DNA of 64,000 bases from Bacilli bacterium (GTDB taxonomy: Bacteria > Bacillota_I > Bacilli_A > RF39 > UBA660): NCBI GenBank assembly GCA_050948885.1, contig JBMNER010000004.1, positions 18,965 to 82,964 on the forward strand. Reading direction: 5' to 3'. Made by a program: the position numbers and the translations under genes. Positions 50,613 to 60,709 of the stretch are shown in pieces. Each line of letters starts with the position of its first letter. Position 1 is the first letter of the stretch. The notes beneath the pieces are model-generated. The model made no database searches. It was not told where the DNA came from and saw nothing but the letters and a program-made list of their open reading frames with translations.

Positions 50613-52763
50613 TTATGATGAAGTTGTTTTAATAGTTACTCCTCTTTTACTAAAAATATATTTAATGCTGCCATTAAGACTAGTTAGATAGGTTTTAATA
50701 GACCTTTCTTTTAGCCGGTTAATAACTAAAGGGTGAGGATGATTAAAGCGATTATTTAAGCCCACCGAAATAACGGCATATTGGGGTGCTGTTTTATCTA
50801 AAAAGGTTGGACTAGTACTAGTAATTGACCCATGATGAGCCACTTTTAAAAGATATAAATTATTAAGATGATACTGATTAATTAAATTATTTTCAATAGT
50901 TGATGATATATCACCTGTTAAGAGAATACCTTTTTTATGTATAGTGGTATAGATAACTAAACTATTATCATTTTCATCAAAATGCGTTTGATGAGGATTT
51001 AAAAAATAAAGTGTTTGGTTATTTACAATTAAGGTACCATCACCGCCCTTAAAGGCATAAGGGATTTTTCTTTGTTTTAAATGAAGAATTAACCCTAATA
51101 TTAAATCATTATTAGGCGCTTTATTAAGAATAACCGCCCGCACGGGAAAATTATCAATAATGGTCGAACTTTCCCCAAGATGATCAATATGACCATGCGT
51201 AATAATCAAATAATCAATTTGTCTAATACCAAGCGATTTAAAATAAGGAATTAAAAGATTATTACTAAGAGTAAAAGAACGTTTAGGTAGTTGCCACTTT
51301 TCCCTAGTAAAGGAGTAAAATCCCCCTGTATCAATTAAAATATTGCCTTGATTATGAGGTAATTGTAATAAGATGGCATCACCTTGGTTAACATCAATAA
51401 TAGTTAATATTGTATTAGGATTAAAATTAGGACTAAGATAATGAATAAATAATATTAGTGGTAAATAAAGAAGGGCTTTGAAGCGTCCTTTAGTCAGCAT
51501 ATAAAATACGTAAGTAATAATGATATAATAAATAACTACCACTAAAATGGTTGGTTTACTAAGAATAATAGTCCCTAATTTAATATTACTAATAATTAAA
51601 GTAATTTCTTCCATTAACTTAATTAAAAAAGATAATAAGTAATCACAACTAGGTAAGAATAAAGTAATAAGACTTAAAGGGAAAATAATGATAGTAATTA
51701 AGGGAATAAAAAATAAATTATAAATAATACTAAATAAATTAATTTGATAAAAGTAATAAATAGTAAGGGGTAAACTAGCCAAAAAAGCAATGAAGGAAGT
51801 AATAAAAAGATTTATTAAGTAATGACGAGTAGTTATTAAAGACTTAAATAAAAGTAAATAAGCGGTGGTAATATAAGAAAATTGCAAACCAACATCATAA
51901 ATAAGGGTTGGTTTTAATAAAACACTAATAATAAAAGTAGTTAATAATAAATTAATTAACTTAATATTGAAAAAATAGTACCGATTAATAAAAATAAGCA
52001 AAAAGAAAAGAAAAGCACGCATAGCTGAAGCTGAATAACTAGTTAAAAATACATAACTAAAAAGAAAAACAATAACTATCAAATAACGCGATATTTCTTT
52101 GACCTTTAGTTTCTTTAAGATATAGAGGAGACCTCCACCTAGTAAATTAATATGCATCCCAGAAATAGCTAATAAATGAACAACCCCAATTGACTGATAA
52201 CCACTTTGAATGGCTGGGGATATTTCGTTTTTATCACCTACTATAAAAACCTTCAAATAAGCGGTACTATAATTTAGTGATGTAATACGGTTAATAATAA
52301 ATTGTTTGAAATTATAATGTAGTTTGTTATTTTCTTTTAATTTAGTTATTTGCTCCGCCGTCATTAAATAAAAAATATGATGATAAGATAAATATTTCTG
52401 ATAATTAAAAAGATTAAAAAGGGTATTATTGGATGGTCTAGTTAATTTCCCGGAAACTTTAATGGTATCGCCTAAATAATATGCTTTTAAAAATTTAATT
52501 TTTTCTAATTCAGTAGTAAAAATATAATTAACTAATACTTTTTCTTTCCCAATTAACTCTATCTTTAACCGATTACCATCAACTTGTAAATGATTGATAT
52601 AACCAATAATATCCTCTTCAGTCCCCTTATATTTACTTGTTCTTGGAAAATAATTAGTTATTACAAGAGCCATAATTAAAACACTAATAGATGTTAAAAT
52701 ATACAGCCAATCAGAGAGTAATATAATCCTTAATCTTAACAAAGGTACTTTCCCCAATCCCAT
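50613..52763 (-). CDS. comEC: DNA internalisation channel ComEC (competence domain plus metallo-beta-lactamase domain); 5' end overlaps comEA by 53 nt and the true start is uncertain
   Basis: Polytopic competence domain and C-terminal HGHIDH metallo-hydrolase motif. Confidence 0.9.
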   Translation of the reverse strand: MGLGKVPLLRLRIILLSDWLYILTSISVLIMALVITNYFPRTSKYKGTEEDIIGYINHLQVDGNRLKIELIGKEKVLVNYIFTTELEKIKFLKAYYLGDTIKVSGKLTRPSNNTLFNLFNYQKYLSYHHIFYLMTAEQITKLKENNKLHYNFKQFIINRITSLNYSTAYLKVFIVGDKNEISPAIQSGYQSIGVVHLLAISGMHINLLGGGLLYILKKLKVKEISRYLIVIVFLFSYVFLTSYSASAMRAFLFFLLIFINRYYFFNIKLINLLLTTFIISVLLKPTLIYDVGLQFSYITTAYLLLFKSLITTRHYLINLFITSFIAFLASLPLTIYYFYQINLFSIIYNLFFIPLITIIIFPLSLITLFLPSCDYLLSFLIKLMEEITLIISNIKLGTIILSKPTILVVVIYYIIITYVFYMLTKGRFKALLYLPLILFIHYLSPNFNPNTILTIIDVNQGDAILLQLPHNQGNILIDTGGFYSFTREKWQLPKRSFTLSNNLLIPYFKSLGIRQIDYLIITHGHIDHLGESSTIIDNFPVRAVILNKAPNNDLILGLILHLKQRKIPYAFKGGDGTLIVNNQTLYFLNPHQTHFDENDNSLVIYTTIHKKGILLTGDISSTIENNLINQYHLNNLYLLKVAHHGSITSTSPTFLDKTAPQYAVISVGLNNRFNHPHPLVINRLKERSIKTYLTSLNGSIKYIFSKRGVTIKTTSS

Positions 52764-53409
52764 TAACTAATGTTAACTCCTCAAGCGCTTTAAAGGGACC
52801 ATTTTCTTCCCGATATTTAATAATAGCAACGGCTTTTACTTCCCCAATCCCTGGTAAGGTGGTTAGTTGTTCAATAGTTGCTTGATTAATTGAAATTAAG
52901 TTAGATACCGGTGGTGATTCTTCGGAGTTATTACTTGAAGAGGTTAAGTCCTCCTCTTTAATTAAAGCATCATTAGTGGACGCGGCTAACTCCGTTAATA
53001 ATAACGCTTCTTCTTTTAATTTCTTTTGGATATTATTTATTTCAACCTTTGTATAAATTTTAATAACCATCTCATCAAATATTTTTTTACTTAAATTAAC
53101 ATAAGTAGTACTAGCGCCTTTAGTTAAACCACCCGCTTCTTCAATAACATCAATTACCCGACTACCCTCTTTGACTAAATAAACCCCCGGATTAAGAATT
53201 GCGCCTTTAATATCAACCCCATAATATTGAACTTTGGGGACCGGTGATGATTCTGGTTTAACTATTTCTAAAGGATTTGTTTCTTCTTCTAAAGCTAATG
53301 AATAGTCTTTTTGAGACAAGAAATAAAAAGTATAAAAACTAAGGCTAAGGATAATTATAAACAGGAACGGAATGATTAACTTATAATAATCTTTTAATAA
53401 ATTCAACAT
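52711..53409 (-). CDS. comEA: ComEA DNA receptor (TM anchor, SLBB domain, tandem helix-hairpin-helix)
   Basis: C-terminal HhH motifs INQATIEQLTTLPGIGEVKA and LVNGIGESTF. Confidence 0.85.
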   Translation of the reverse strand: MLNLLKDYYKLIIPFLFIIILSLSFYTFYFLSQKDYSLALEEETNPLEIVKPESSPVPKVQYYGVDIKGAILNPGVYLVKEGSRVIDVIEEAGGLTKGASTTYVNLSKKIFDEMVIKIYTKVEINNIQKKLKEEALLLTELAASTNDALIKEEDLTSSSNNSEESPPVSNLISINQATIEQLTTLPGIGEVKAVAIIKYREENGPFKALEELTLVNGIGESTFVKIKDYITL

Positions 53410-53460
53410 AAAATAACCTCCCTTAGTGAGGTTATTAGTGATAACGTTTTTATTTCCTTT

Positions 53461-54606
53461 TTATCTTAAACTTTTATTTTTATTATGGTAATAAGTTTCA
53501 ATATTTACCCTTTGTACTAACGCTAAGGCGATAAACAGATTTAAAGTATATGAACCACCATAACTAAAAAAAGGTAGTGGTACACCAGTTAAAGGTAAGA
53601 GCCCTAATAACCCCGTTAAATTAACAATAATATGTAATAATATATAAAAGAAAACACCATAAGCAATAACCGCATCACGAAGGTGATGAGACCTTCGCGC
53701 AATTATTAAGATGCGATATAGAACAACTAATAAAAGAAATAAAATAACTAAACCCACGATTAAGCCTAATTCTTCAATCACAATCGCAAAGATAAAATCG
53801 GTGTGGGCTTCCGGTAAATATAAATACTTTTGTGTACTTTTGCCCAGGCCAACACCAAATAAACCACCATTATTAATCGCAATATAACCATTACAAACTT
53901 GATAACCACTTGTTTCATACCGTTGACAAGGGTTTTGAAAATATAAACGTTCCCGTTGGGTTGATGATAAAAAGGTTTTACCAGAGGCGATAATAACCAA
54001 AAACATTACAATAACCATACCAAATAATAGATTAATAATTTTGCTTTTAAGGGTTCGATCAACTGGTATCGCTAGAAAAAGAAACAAAGTTAAACTCGCT
54101 AAAATAACGGCCGTACCTAAATCCGGTTGGAATAATACTAAAGATACAATTAACAAGGCAAGACCTAATGGCAATAAGACAACCCGATATTTGTTTAATT
54201 CCGTTTTATTGGTATTGTAATAAATAGCGAGAAATAAAATCAGGATTACTTTCGCAAATTCACTAGGTTGAATCGAAAAGAAACCACCGATTCGGTACCA
54301 ACTTAATGAATAATTAATGGTAGTCGCATAAATAAAAAGAAAAAATAAAGAAAAAATAATTCCGCCCATCAATATCCCAATATAATTTTTATAGTTTTTT
54401 AAAGGAATTTTAATAATAAAGAAAAAAGTAAGTAAACCAATAATTAAAAAAAGACCTTGTTTTATAAAAAAAGAATAAGGGCTAGCCTGGAAACGCATAA
54501 AAGAGGTAATGGTAGAAGCACTAAAAATCATAATAAGACCGGTGATAAATAAAATCAACATAATTATAAATAGTGGTTTATCCATTCTAGCTAATAAGCG
54601 GTTCAT
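53461..54606 (-). CDS. SEDS-family peptidoglycan polymerase (FtsW/RodA/SpoVE)
   Basis: 10-TM SEDS architecture. Conserved GVFFYILLHIIVNLTGLLGLLPLTGVPLPFFSYGGS. Confidence 0.85.
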   Translation of the reverse strand: MNRLLARMDKPLFIIMLILFITGLIMIFSASTITSFMRFQASPYSFFIKQGLFLIIGLLTFFFIIKIPLKNYKNYIGILMGGIIFSLFFLFIYATTINYSLSWYRIGGFFSIQPSEFAKVILILFLAIYYNTNKTELNKYRVVLLPLGLALLIVSLVLFQPDLGTAVILASLTLFLFLAIPVDRTLKSKIINLLFGMVIVMFLVIIASGKTFLSSTQRERLYFQNPCQRYETSGYQVCNGYIAINNGGLFGVGLGKSTQKYLYLPEAHTDFIFAIVIEELGLIVGLVILFLLLVVLYRILIIARRSHHLRDAVIAYGVFFYILLHIIVNLTGLLGLLPLTGVPLPFFSYGGSYTLNLFIALALVQRVNIETYYHNKNKSLR

Positions 54607-54733
54607 TCTATCACACCCTACATATAATATAATAACATATTATATTAATTTTGAACTTATTTTTTTGAAGTTAGGTTTAAACAATGTCAAAAGAGGAGGT
54701 TTTTAATAGAATATAGTATCAACAATCAAAGGA

Positions 54734-54901
54734 GGGATTAAGATGTACTCATACGGAGGATGCGGTTACGGCTACGGATGTGGATACCCTGGAGCTTATG
54801 GCTATCCTGGTTTCTTAGGCTATGGTAGTAGTACCGCAATCATATTAGTCTTGTTTATTTTATTGGTTATCGTAATATGCCCGCGTTTTGTTAAATGCTA
54901 A
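54734..54901 (+). CDS. YjcZ-family-like small sporulation protein (Gly/Tyr/Cys-rich N-terminus plus hydrophobic tail; about 55 aa), not in the ORF track
   Basis: AGGAGGGA ribosome-binding site 6 nt upstream. Translation MYSYGGCGYGYGCGYPGAYGYPGFLGYGSS...ILVLFILLVIVICPRFVKC. A hairpin plus T8 terminator follows. Confidence 0.45.
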   Translation, partial: GIKMYSYGGCGYGYGCGYPGAYGYPGFLGYGSSTAIILVLFILLVIVICPRFVKC

Positions 54902-54902
54902 A

Positions 54903-54931
54903 TTAAGGGGGGACTTGTCTTCCCTTTTTTT
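54903..54931 (+). terminator. GC-rich hairpin plus T8 after the small YjcZ-like gene
   Basis: AAGGGGGGACTTGTCTTCCCTTTTTTTT. Confidence 0.5.
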
Positions 54932-54973
54932 TGTTTTGTGGTAAAATATAAATAGTAATTTTGAGGTGGTAAA

Positions 54974-55516
54974 GTGTTAAATACAATTAGTATTCTAGAT
55001 GAAAAAGATAAAAGATTAAGAGAAATTAGTCAACCCGTAGTATTTCCTCTTACTAGTCAAGATAAAGAGCTGATAAAAAAGATGGCGGCTTATCTTAAAA
55101 GCAGTCAAATAAAAGAAATCGCTAAAAAATATCAACTAAGACCAGGGATGGGACTAGCTGCCTCGCAATTAGGAATTAATAAAAGATACTTTGTGATTGT
55201 ACATGAGGAAGAAGAACAAAAATTTAAAGAATATATTATGATTAACCCAACTATAGTTAGTTATTCTGAAGAACAAATATATGCGGTTGATGGCGAGGGT
55301 TGTTTAAGTGTTAATCGTGAGGTAGCTGGTGTAGTTCCTAGATATGCACGAGTTACTATAACTGGTTTTAATATGGAAGGTAAAAAGATTACTATTAGAG
55401 CCCGGGAAGAGTTAGCGATTGCTTTTCAACACGAAATAGATCATTTAGATGGTATTTTATTCATTGATAAAGTTATTAACCCTTTAGAAGCTTCAAGTTC
55501 AATGCGTGGTATTTAA
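54974..55516 (+). CDS. def: Peptide deformylase (GTG start)
   Basis: GMGLAASQLGI, EGCLS and HEIDHLDG motifs. GAGGTGG ribosome-binding site. Extended -10 TGGTAAAAT at 54939-47. Confidence 0.9.
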   Translation: MLNTISILDEKDKRLREISQPVVFPLTSQDKELIKKMAAYLKSSQIKEIAKKYQLRPGMGLAASQLGINKRYFVIVHEEEEQKFKEYIMINPTIVSYSEEQIYAVDGEGCLSVNREVAGVVPRYARVTITGFNMEGKKITIRAREELAIAFQHEIDHLDGILFIDKVINPLEASSSMRGI

Positions 55517-55520
55517 ATTA

Positions 55521-55550
55521 AAGAGAACCACTTTAAGTGGTTCTTTTATT
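55521..55550. terminator. Bidirectional terminator between def and smc (GAACCAC-loop-GTGGTTC extended stem with T-run)
   Basis: About 11-bp stem including a G-U pair. T-rich 3' tail. Confidence 0.6.
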
Positions 55551-58497
55551 AGTTTTTAATCGTATCTAATTTGACACTAACTAATTTACTAACACCTGAT
55601 TCTTGCATGGTAATACCATATAAAGCATCTCCATAAGTCATTGTTTTCTTTTTATGAGTAATAATGATAAATTGGGTTTGACCACGATAAGTTTGTAAAT
55701 ATTCCCCAAAATAATTAACATTTAACTCATCAAGCGCAGCTTCAATCTCATCAAATAAACAGAAAGGTATTTTTTTAACATTTAAAATCGCAAATAATAA
55801 GGCAATAGCCGTTAAAGTCTTTTCGCCACCAGATAATAATGATAAATGTTTTAGCTTTTTACCGGGTGGTGAAGCATTAATATCAACACCAGTGGTAAGA
55901 ATTTGATTTGGTTCCGTTAGACTAAGTTCCCCACTGCCCCCGCCAAATAATTTCTTAAAGACGGTTTTAAATTCCTCTTTTACTAATTTAAAAGTAGTTA
56001 AAAACTTTTGTTCCATCACCGTATCCATTTCTTGAATAATAGTAAATAAGGTTTCTTTCGCTTTTAGTAAGTCATCCCTTTGAGTCGTTAAAAAAGTATA
56101 ACGTTTATGAACTCGTTTGTATTCATCAACAGCCCCTAGATTAATCACTCCTAACTTTTTAATACGACTCTGCAGAGAATTAACTTGCTGACGAGCCAAG
56201 GCGACATCCATATCTAACTGATAATTTTCTTTCGCTTTTTCATAGGTCATCGTATATTCATTAGTTAGAGTATTTAATAGATTATCTAATTTAACATCAA
56301 CCCGATTTAAGGTTATTTCTAAATCCTTTAACTCGGTTTGACGTTTTCGATAAAGATGGTTAGCTTTTTGTATTAAAGCTTCTAAATCACTTATTTGATT
56401 AGTGACTTGTGAACGCTTCTTATTTAAGTCTTTGAGAATTTTTTCTAACTCTTTTTTCTTTTGTTCAGTCTTATAATACTCATTTAATAATTGATTAGTA
56501 ACATCCTCCACAACGCCACCGACAACATTTTGTAAACTACTTAACTCACTATTAACATCTGTTAAACGGTCTTGATACTCCGCTAAGGTAATGCGTTTTG
56601 TTTTATTAACCTCCTCTATACTAACACGGTTAGCCTTCTCATTTAATAATGCGGTTTCTACAGTTTTGATTTTGTCAAGCATATTATCCTTGTTAGTGAT
56701 TAATTTATTTTTATCCTCCATAATAAAACGTAATTTACGGTGCATATCTTCTAATTCATATTTTTCTTTAATCATGCCTCGTTGTTTTTGATAAGCACCA
56801 CCAGTAATTGAACCACCAACATGAATCAATTCACCGTCTAAGGTAACAATTTTATAACGATGTTTAATTAAACGGCTAATCTCATTGGCGCTTTTAAGAT
56901 TATCAACTACTAAAACATTACCTAGTTGATTTAAAATAATATGACGGTACTTAGTATCATAAGTAGTTAAATTAGCAGCAATATCAATAAAAGCGGGATG
57001 CTTTTTAACTATATCCAAAGTCTCATAATCAATTCCCTTGGGACTTATAACATTAAGAGGGAAAAAGGTGGCGCGACCTAAATTATTCTCTTTTAAATAT
57101 TTAATCGCCTCTTGGGCTTTTAATTCATTATCAACGACAATAAATTGCATACTAAAACCTAAACTAGTTTCAATGGCTTTGGCGTATTGTTCATCAGTAT
57201 CAATTAAACGCCCAATAATACCATGAATACCAGTTAATTTTGGATGGTTAAGAATATTTCTAACACTGGTAGTGACACTACTGTTATTATCAATGGTCAT
57301 CCTTAACAACTCTATTTCATGTTTTAATTTTTGTTCTTGATGCATGTTTAACTCTAATTTATGAAGATTATCATCACGCTCCGCGTAGTGGTTTTGTAAT
57401 TGGTTAGTTAAATGATTAATGTTCTTATCACTAGCGATAAGCAGTTCATTATTATGATTAAGATCACTTTCTAAGCTGGCTATATGATTCGTTAGACTTA
57501 AAGCGGTTTCTTTTAAGTTAGTAATATTATTATGTAACGCTTGATCAGGCACTTGATACTTTTGTCTTTCTTTTGATAGTTGCTTCCGACCTTTTAATTT
57601 TTCCACTAAGCGCGTTAGTTTTATTAGTTCTTGTTGTTGTTCATGAATAGTATCATCAAGTTTTTGCAGAGTTATTTTTTCGGTTTCCATCGTAGTTGAT
57701 GAAGTATTAAGATTGGTTTCAATGGTAATTAATTCTTCATTTAGAGATGTTATCTGTTTCTTTAAATCTTGATAAGTATAATTTAAATCAGTTATATCAT
57801 GGGTGATTAAAGCTAACTCAATATTTTCTAAATCCTCTTTATATTTAAGATATTCCTCGGCTTTACTACTTTGTTCCTTTAAAGGTGTGACCTGAAGTTT
57901 TAATTCATTAATAATATCATTAATACGCCTTAAATTATCATCGGTTTTTACTAAACGGCGGGTGGCTTCTTCCTTTTTTCTTTTATATTTTGAAACGCCA
58001 GCCGCATCCTCAAAGATAATACGACGTTCCTCGGGACGCGAACTAATTATTTTATGGATTTCGCCTTGCGAAATAATATTAAATGAACTTTTACCCATCC
58101 CAGTTTCGGTAAATAGATTAACAATATCTTTTAACCGGCATGATTCATTATTTAAAAAATATTCGTTTTCACCCGTGTTATAAACACGTCTTTTTACGGA
58201 TACCTCACTATAATCAATTGATAGATAGTCATCACTATTATCAAAGATTAGCTCTACTGAAGCCACATTTAAGTTTTGACGTGTTTTGCTACCTGAAAAA
58301 ATAACATCACTCATCCCGCCTTCGCCCCGCAAGGATTTGACTGATTGCTCCCCTAAAACCCAACGCACCGCATCAACCAAATTACTCTTTCCCGCCCCAT
58401 TAGGGCCAACAATACAAGTGATACCTTGATTAAATTCTATTTTCAATTTATCGGCAAATGATTTAAAACCATTTAATTTTATTTCCTTTAAGTACAT
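55549..58497 (-). CDS. smc: Chromosome partition protein SMC (short, 982-aa form)
   Basis: N-terminal Walker [10 protein letters not shown], central hinge ([13 protein letters not shown]...), C-terminal signature [17 protein letters not shown] and Walker [13 protein letters not shown]. Confidence 0.9.
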   Translation of the reverse strand: MYLKEIKLNGFKSFADKLKIEFNQGITCIVGPNGAGKSNLVDAVRWVLGEQSVKSLRGEGGMSDVIFSGSKTRQNLNVASVELIFDNSDDYLSIDYSEVSVKRRVYNTGENEYFLNNESCRLKDIVNLFTETGMGKSSFNIISQGEIHKIISSRPEERRIIFEDAAGVSKYKRKKEEATRRLVKTDDNLRRINDIINELKLQVTPLKEQSSKAEEYLKYKEDLENIELALITHDITDLNYTYQDLKKQITSLNEELITIETNLNTSSTTMETEKITLQKLDDTIHEQQQELIKLTRLVEKLKGRKQLSKERQKYQVPDQALHNNITNLKETALSLTNHIASLESDLNHNNELLIASDKNINHLTNQLQNHYAERDDNLHKLELNMHQEQKLKHEIELLRMTIDNNSSVTTSVRNILNHPKLTGIHGIIGRLIDTDEQYAKAIETSLGFSMQFIVVDNELKAQEAIKYLKENNLGRATFFPLNVISPKGIDYETLDIVKKHPAFIDIAANLTTYDTKYRHIILNQLGNVLVVDNLKSANEISRLIKHRYKIVTLDGELIHVGGSITGGAYQKQRGMIKEKYELEDMHRKLRFIMEDKNKLITNKDNMLDKIKTVETALLNEKANRVSIEEVNKTKRITLAEYQDRLTDVNSELSSLQNVVGGVVEDVTNQLLNEYYKTEQKKKELEKILKDLNKKRSQVTNQISDLEALIQKANHLYRKRQTELKDLEITLNRVDVKLDNLLNTLTNEYTMTYEKAKENYQLDMDVALARQQVNSLQSRIKKLGVINLGAVDEYKRVHKRYTFLTTQRDDLLKAKETLFTIIQEMDTVMEQKFLTTFKLVKEEFKTVFKKLFGGGSGELSLTEPNQILTTGVDINASPPGKKLKHLSLLSGGEKTLTAIALLFAILNVKKIPFCLFDEIEAALDELNVNYFGEYLQTYRGQTQFIIITHKKKTMTYGDALYGITMQESGVSKLVSVKLDTIKN

Positions 58498-58610
58498 TTA
58501 ATCACCTTCTACTTCATGATTAAAATTATACTATAATTTATGATGCAAAACAATAAAACTTCAAAAGCGAAGTTGATTATCGAGCGTAATATTATAAATT
58601 TAATAATAAA

Positions 58611-59297
58611 TTAAGTACTATTTTTTTTATTAGCTAATTTACTTAAAGCATTTTCGGCGGCTTTTTGTTCAGCTTCTTTTTTACTACCCGCTTTACCAGT
58701 ACCAAAGACAATATTATTTACTTTAACAATCGTCGTAAAGGTTTTATTGTGGGGGGGGCCTTCTTCTTTGATTAATTCATAAACAACTGATTTTTGATGA
58801 GTCTGGACTAACTCTTGAAAGATAGATTTATGGTCGTTTAGAAAATCTATTTTACCGGCTTTAAGATAAGGGACCACTACTTGATAGATAAACTCTTTGG
58901 CTTTGGCAAAACCCTGATCAATATAAATGGCACCTACAAAGGCTTCAAAAGTATCCGCTAGAATGGCTTTTCGATACCGACCACCACTTAATTCCTCACC
59001 CCGACCAACCTTTATATATTTACTAAAGCCTAAACGTTCGGCGTATTTAGCGATGGCGTTTTCACAAACATAGGTAGATCTTAACTTTGTCATTTTTCCT
59101 TCTTCATATTTAGTATGAGTATATAAGTAATCACTAATAACAACATCTAAAACGGCATCACCTAAAAATTCTAAGCGCTCGTAATTATTAATCATTCTTC
59201 TTTCATTCACATAAGAAGAATGAAAGAAAGCTTGTTCATATATTTTTATATTATTAGGTTTAATATGTAATTTTTTTAATAGTTCCACTATTATCAC
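58611..59297 (-). CDS. rnc: Ribonuclease III
   Basis: RNase III signature ERLEFLGDAVL and a C-terminal dsRBD. Confidence 0.9.
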   Translation of the reverse strand: MIIVELLKKLHIKPNNIKIYEQAFFHSSYVNERRMINNYERLEFLGDAVLDVVISDYLYTHTKYEEGKMTKLRSTYVCENAIAKYAERLGFSKYIKVGRGEELSGGRYRKAILADTFEAFVGAIYIDQGFAKAKEFIYQVVVPYLKAGKIDFLNDHKSIFQELVQTHQKSVVYELIKEEGPPHNKTFTTIVKVNNIVFGTGKAGSKKEAEQKAAENALSKLANKKNST

Positions 59298-59385
59298 CTA
59301 AATTCATTATAACAAACATTAATAATTAAGCATATTTAATTTTACAAATAATTTAAAATAGCGTAAAATAGAGACAGGTGATTAA

Positions 59386-59604
59386 ATGAAACAGGTTTTA
59401 ATTACGATAATTAAAATATATCAACAAATACCCCTACCCTGTCATAATTATTGTCGTTTTATTCCTACTTGTTCTAATTATAGTATTAAGGCGATTGAAG
59501 AATATGGCTGTATAAAGGGACTTTTCTTAGCTGTAAAAAGATTATTAAAATGTAACCCCTGGGGACCTTTTGGATTTGACCCCGTTATAGAAAGGAAAAA
59601 ATAA
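59386..59604 (+). CDS. yidD: Membrane protein insertion efficiency factor YidD
   Basis: Conserved CRFIPTCSNYS and LKCNPWGP motifs. Confidence 0.85.
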   Translation: MKQVLITIIKIYQQIPLPCHNYCRFIPTCSNYSIKAIEEYGCIKGLFLAVKRLLKCNPWGPFGFDPVIERKK

Positions 59605-60470
59605 TGCGTAAAGTTAGTTTAATTGTTATTTTATTACTAATAACACTAATAACAAATGGCTGTTTTAAAAGAGATACCATGGAGGATATTGATATCTATA
59701 CAACCGCTTACCCGATTGAATATATTGTCTCTACCTTATATAAAGAACATGCCCAAATCAATAGTATTTATCCTAATGATGTTAATATTAATCAATACAC
59801 CTTAACTGAAAAACAAATAAGAGATTATAGTAAAGCCCATTTATTTATTTATAATGGTTTAAGTAAAGAAATAGATTATGCCCTTGATTTAATTAATACT
59901 AATCAAAACATAAAAATCATTGATGCGGCCATGGGTATGGAATACACAAATTATGTTGAAGAGATATGGTTAGATCCCGCTAATTTATTAATGTTAGCCC
60001 AAAACATTAGAAATGGGTTTCATGAATATATAGAAAACCCTTATTTAAAAAAAGAGATTGATGATAATTATGATTATTTAAAATTAACTATCTCAGAACT
60101 AGATGCGGAAATGAAAGATATTGTATCCGATGCGAAATATAAAACAATTGTAGTTGGATCTGATTTACTTAAGTTTTTAGAAAAATATAATTTAAATGTT
60201 ATTTCTTTAGAAGAAAATGAAGAGCTAACGGCTAAAACAATTAATGATGTGACTACTATGATTCAAAATGAGGAAATAAAATATATTTATCTAATTAATA
60301 ATGAGAAACCTAATAATACCATTAATAACTTATTAAAGGATAACAAACTCGAACTTTTATCAATTCATTCTATTAGTAACTTAAATGAAAAACAAAGAGA
60401 GAATAAAGAAGATTATATTACTCTAATAAAAGCGAATATTGAGTTGATAAAAAAAGAATTATATAAATAA
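59604..60470 (+). CDS. Lipoprotein of the ZnuA/TroA solute-binding fold, apparently lacking the canonical metal-ligand histidines
   Basis: Lipobox LITNGC. WLDPANL corresponds to the family WLDP motif. Start overlaps the yidD stop (TAATG). Confidence 0.5.
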   Translation: MRKVSLIVILLLITLITNGCFKRDTMEDIDIYTTAYPIEYIVSTLYKEHAQINSIYPNDVNINQYTLTEKQIRDYSKAHLFIYNGLSKEIDYALDLINTNQNIKIIDAAMGMEYTNYVEEIWLDPANLLMLAQNIRNGFHEYIENPYLKKEIDDNYDYLKLTISELDAEMKDIVSDAKYKTIVVGSDLLKFLEKYNLNVISLEENEELTAKTINDVTTMIQNEEIKYIYLINNEKPNNTINNLLKDNKLELLSIHSISNLNEKQRENKEDYITLIKANIELIKKELYK

Positions 60471-60473
60471 TAT

Positions 60474-60505
60474 TATCTAAAAAAACCCTTATATCTAAGG
60501 GTTTT
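60474..60505 (+). repeat. 32-nt hairpin terminator ATCTAAAAAAACCCTTATATCTAAGGGTTTTT, copy 1 of 2 identical direct repeats
   Basis: Identical 32-mer at 63031-63062. Hairpin CCCTTA-tatc-TAAGGG with flanking A and T runs. Functions as the terminator for the ZnuA-like gene. Confidence 0.6.
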
Positions 60506-60709
60506 TATTTATTAACAACCTATGTATCCTTTAGTTTAGAATATATATATATTAACCGGTTAAATCCTATTAAAGTAATTCGCTAATTTATTTTTATTTA
60601 AAAATTAAATTCATTTAAAACTCTCTTAGGTTTAAAAAATTTAATATTATTATCAATCTTATAAAACCTGTTTATCACCTTATAATTATATAGTTACCCT
60701 TTTTTTATT

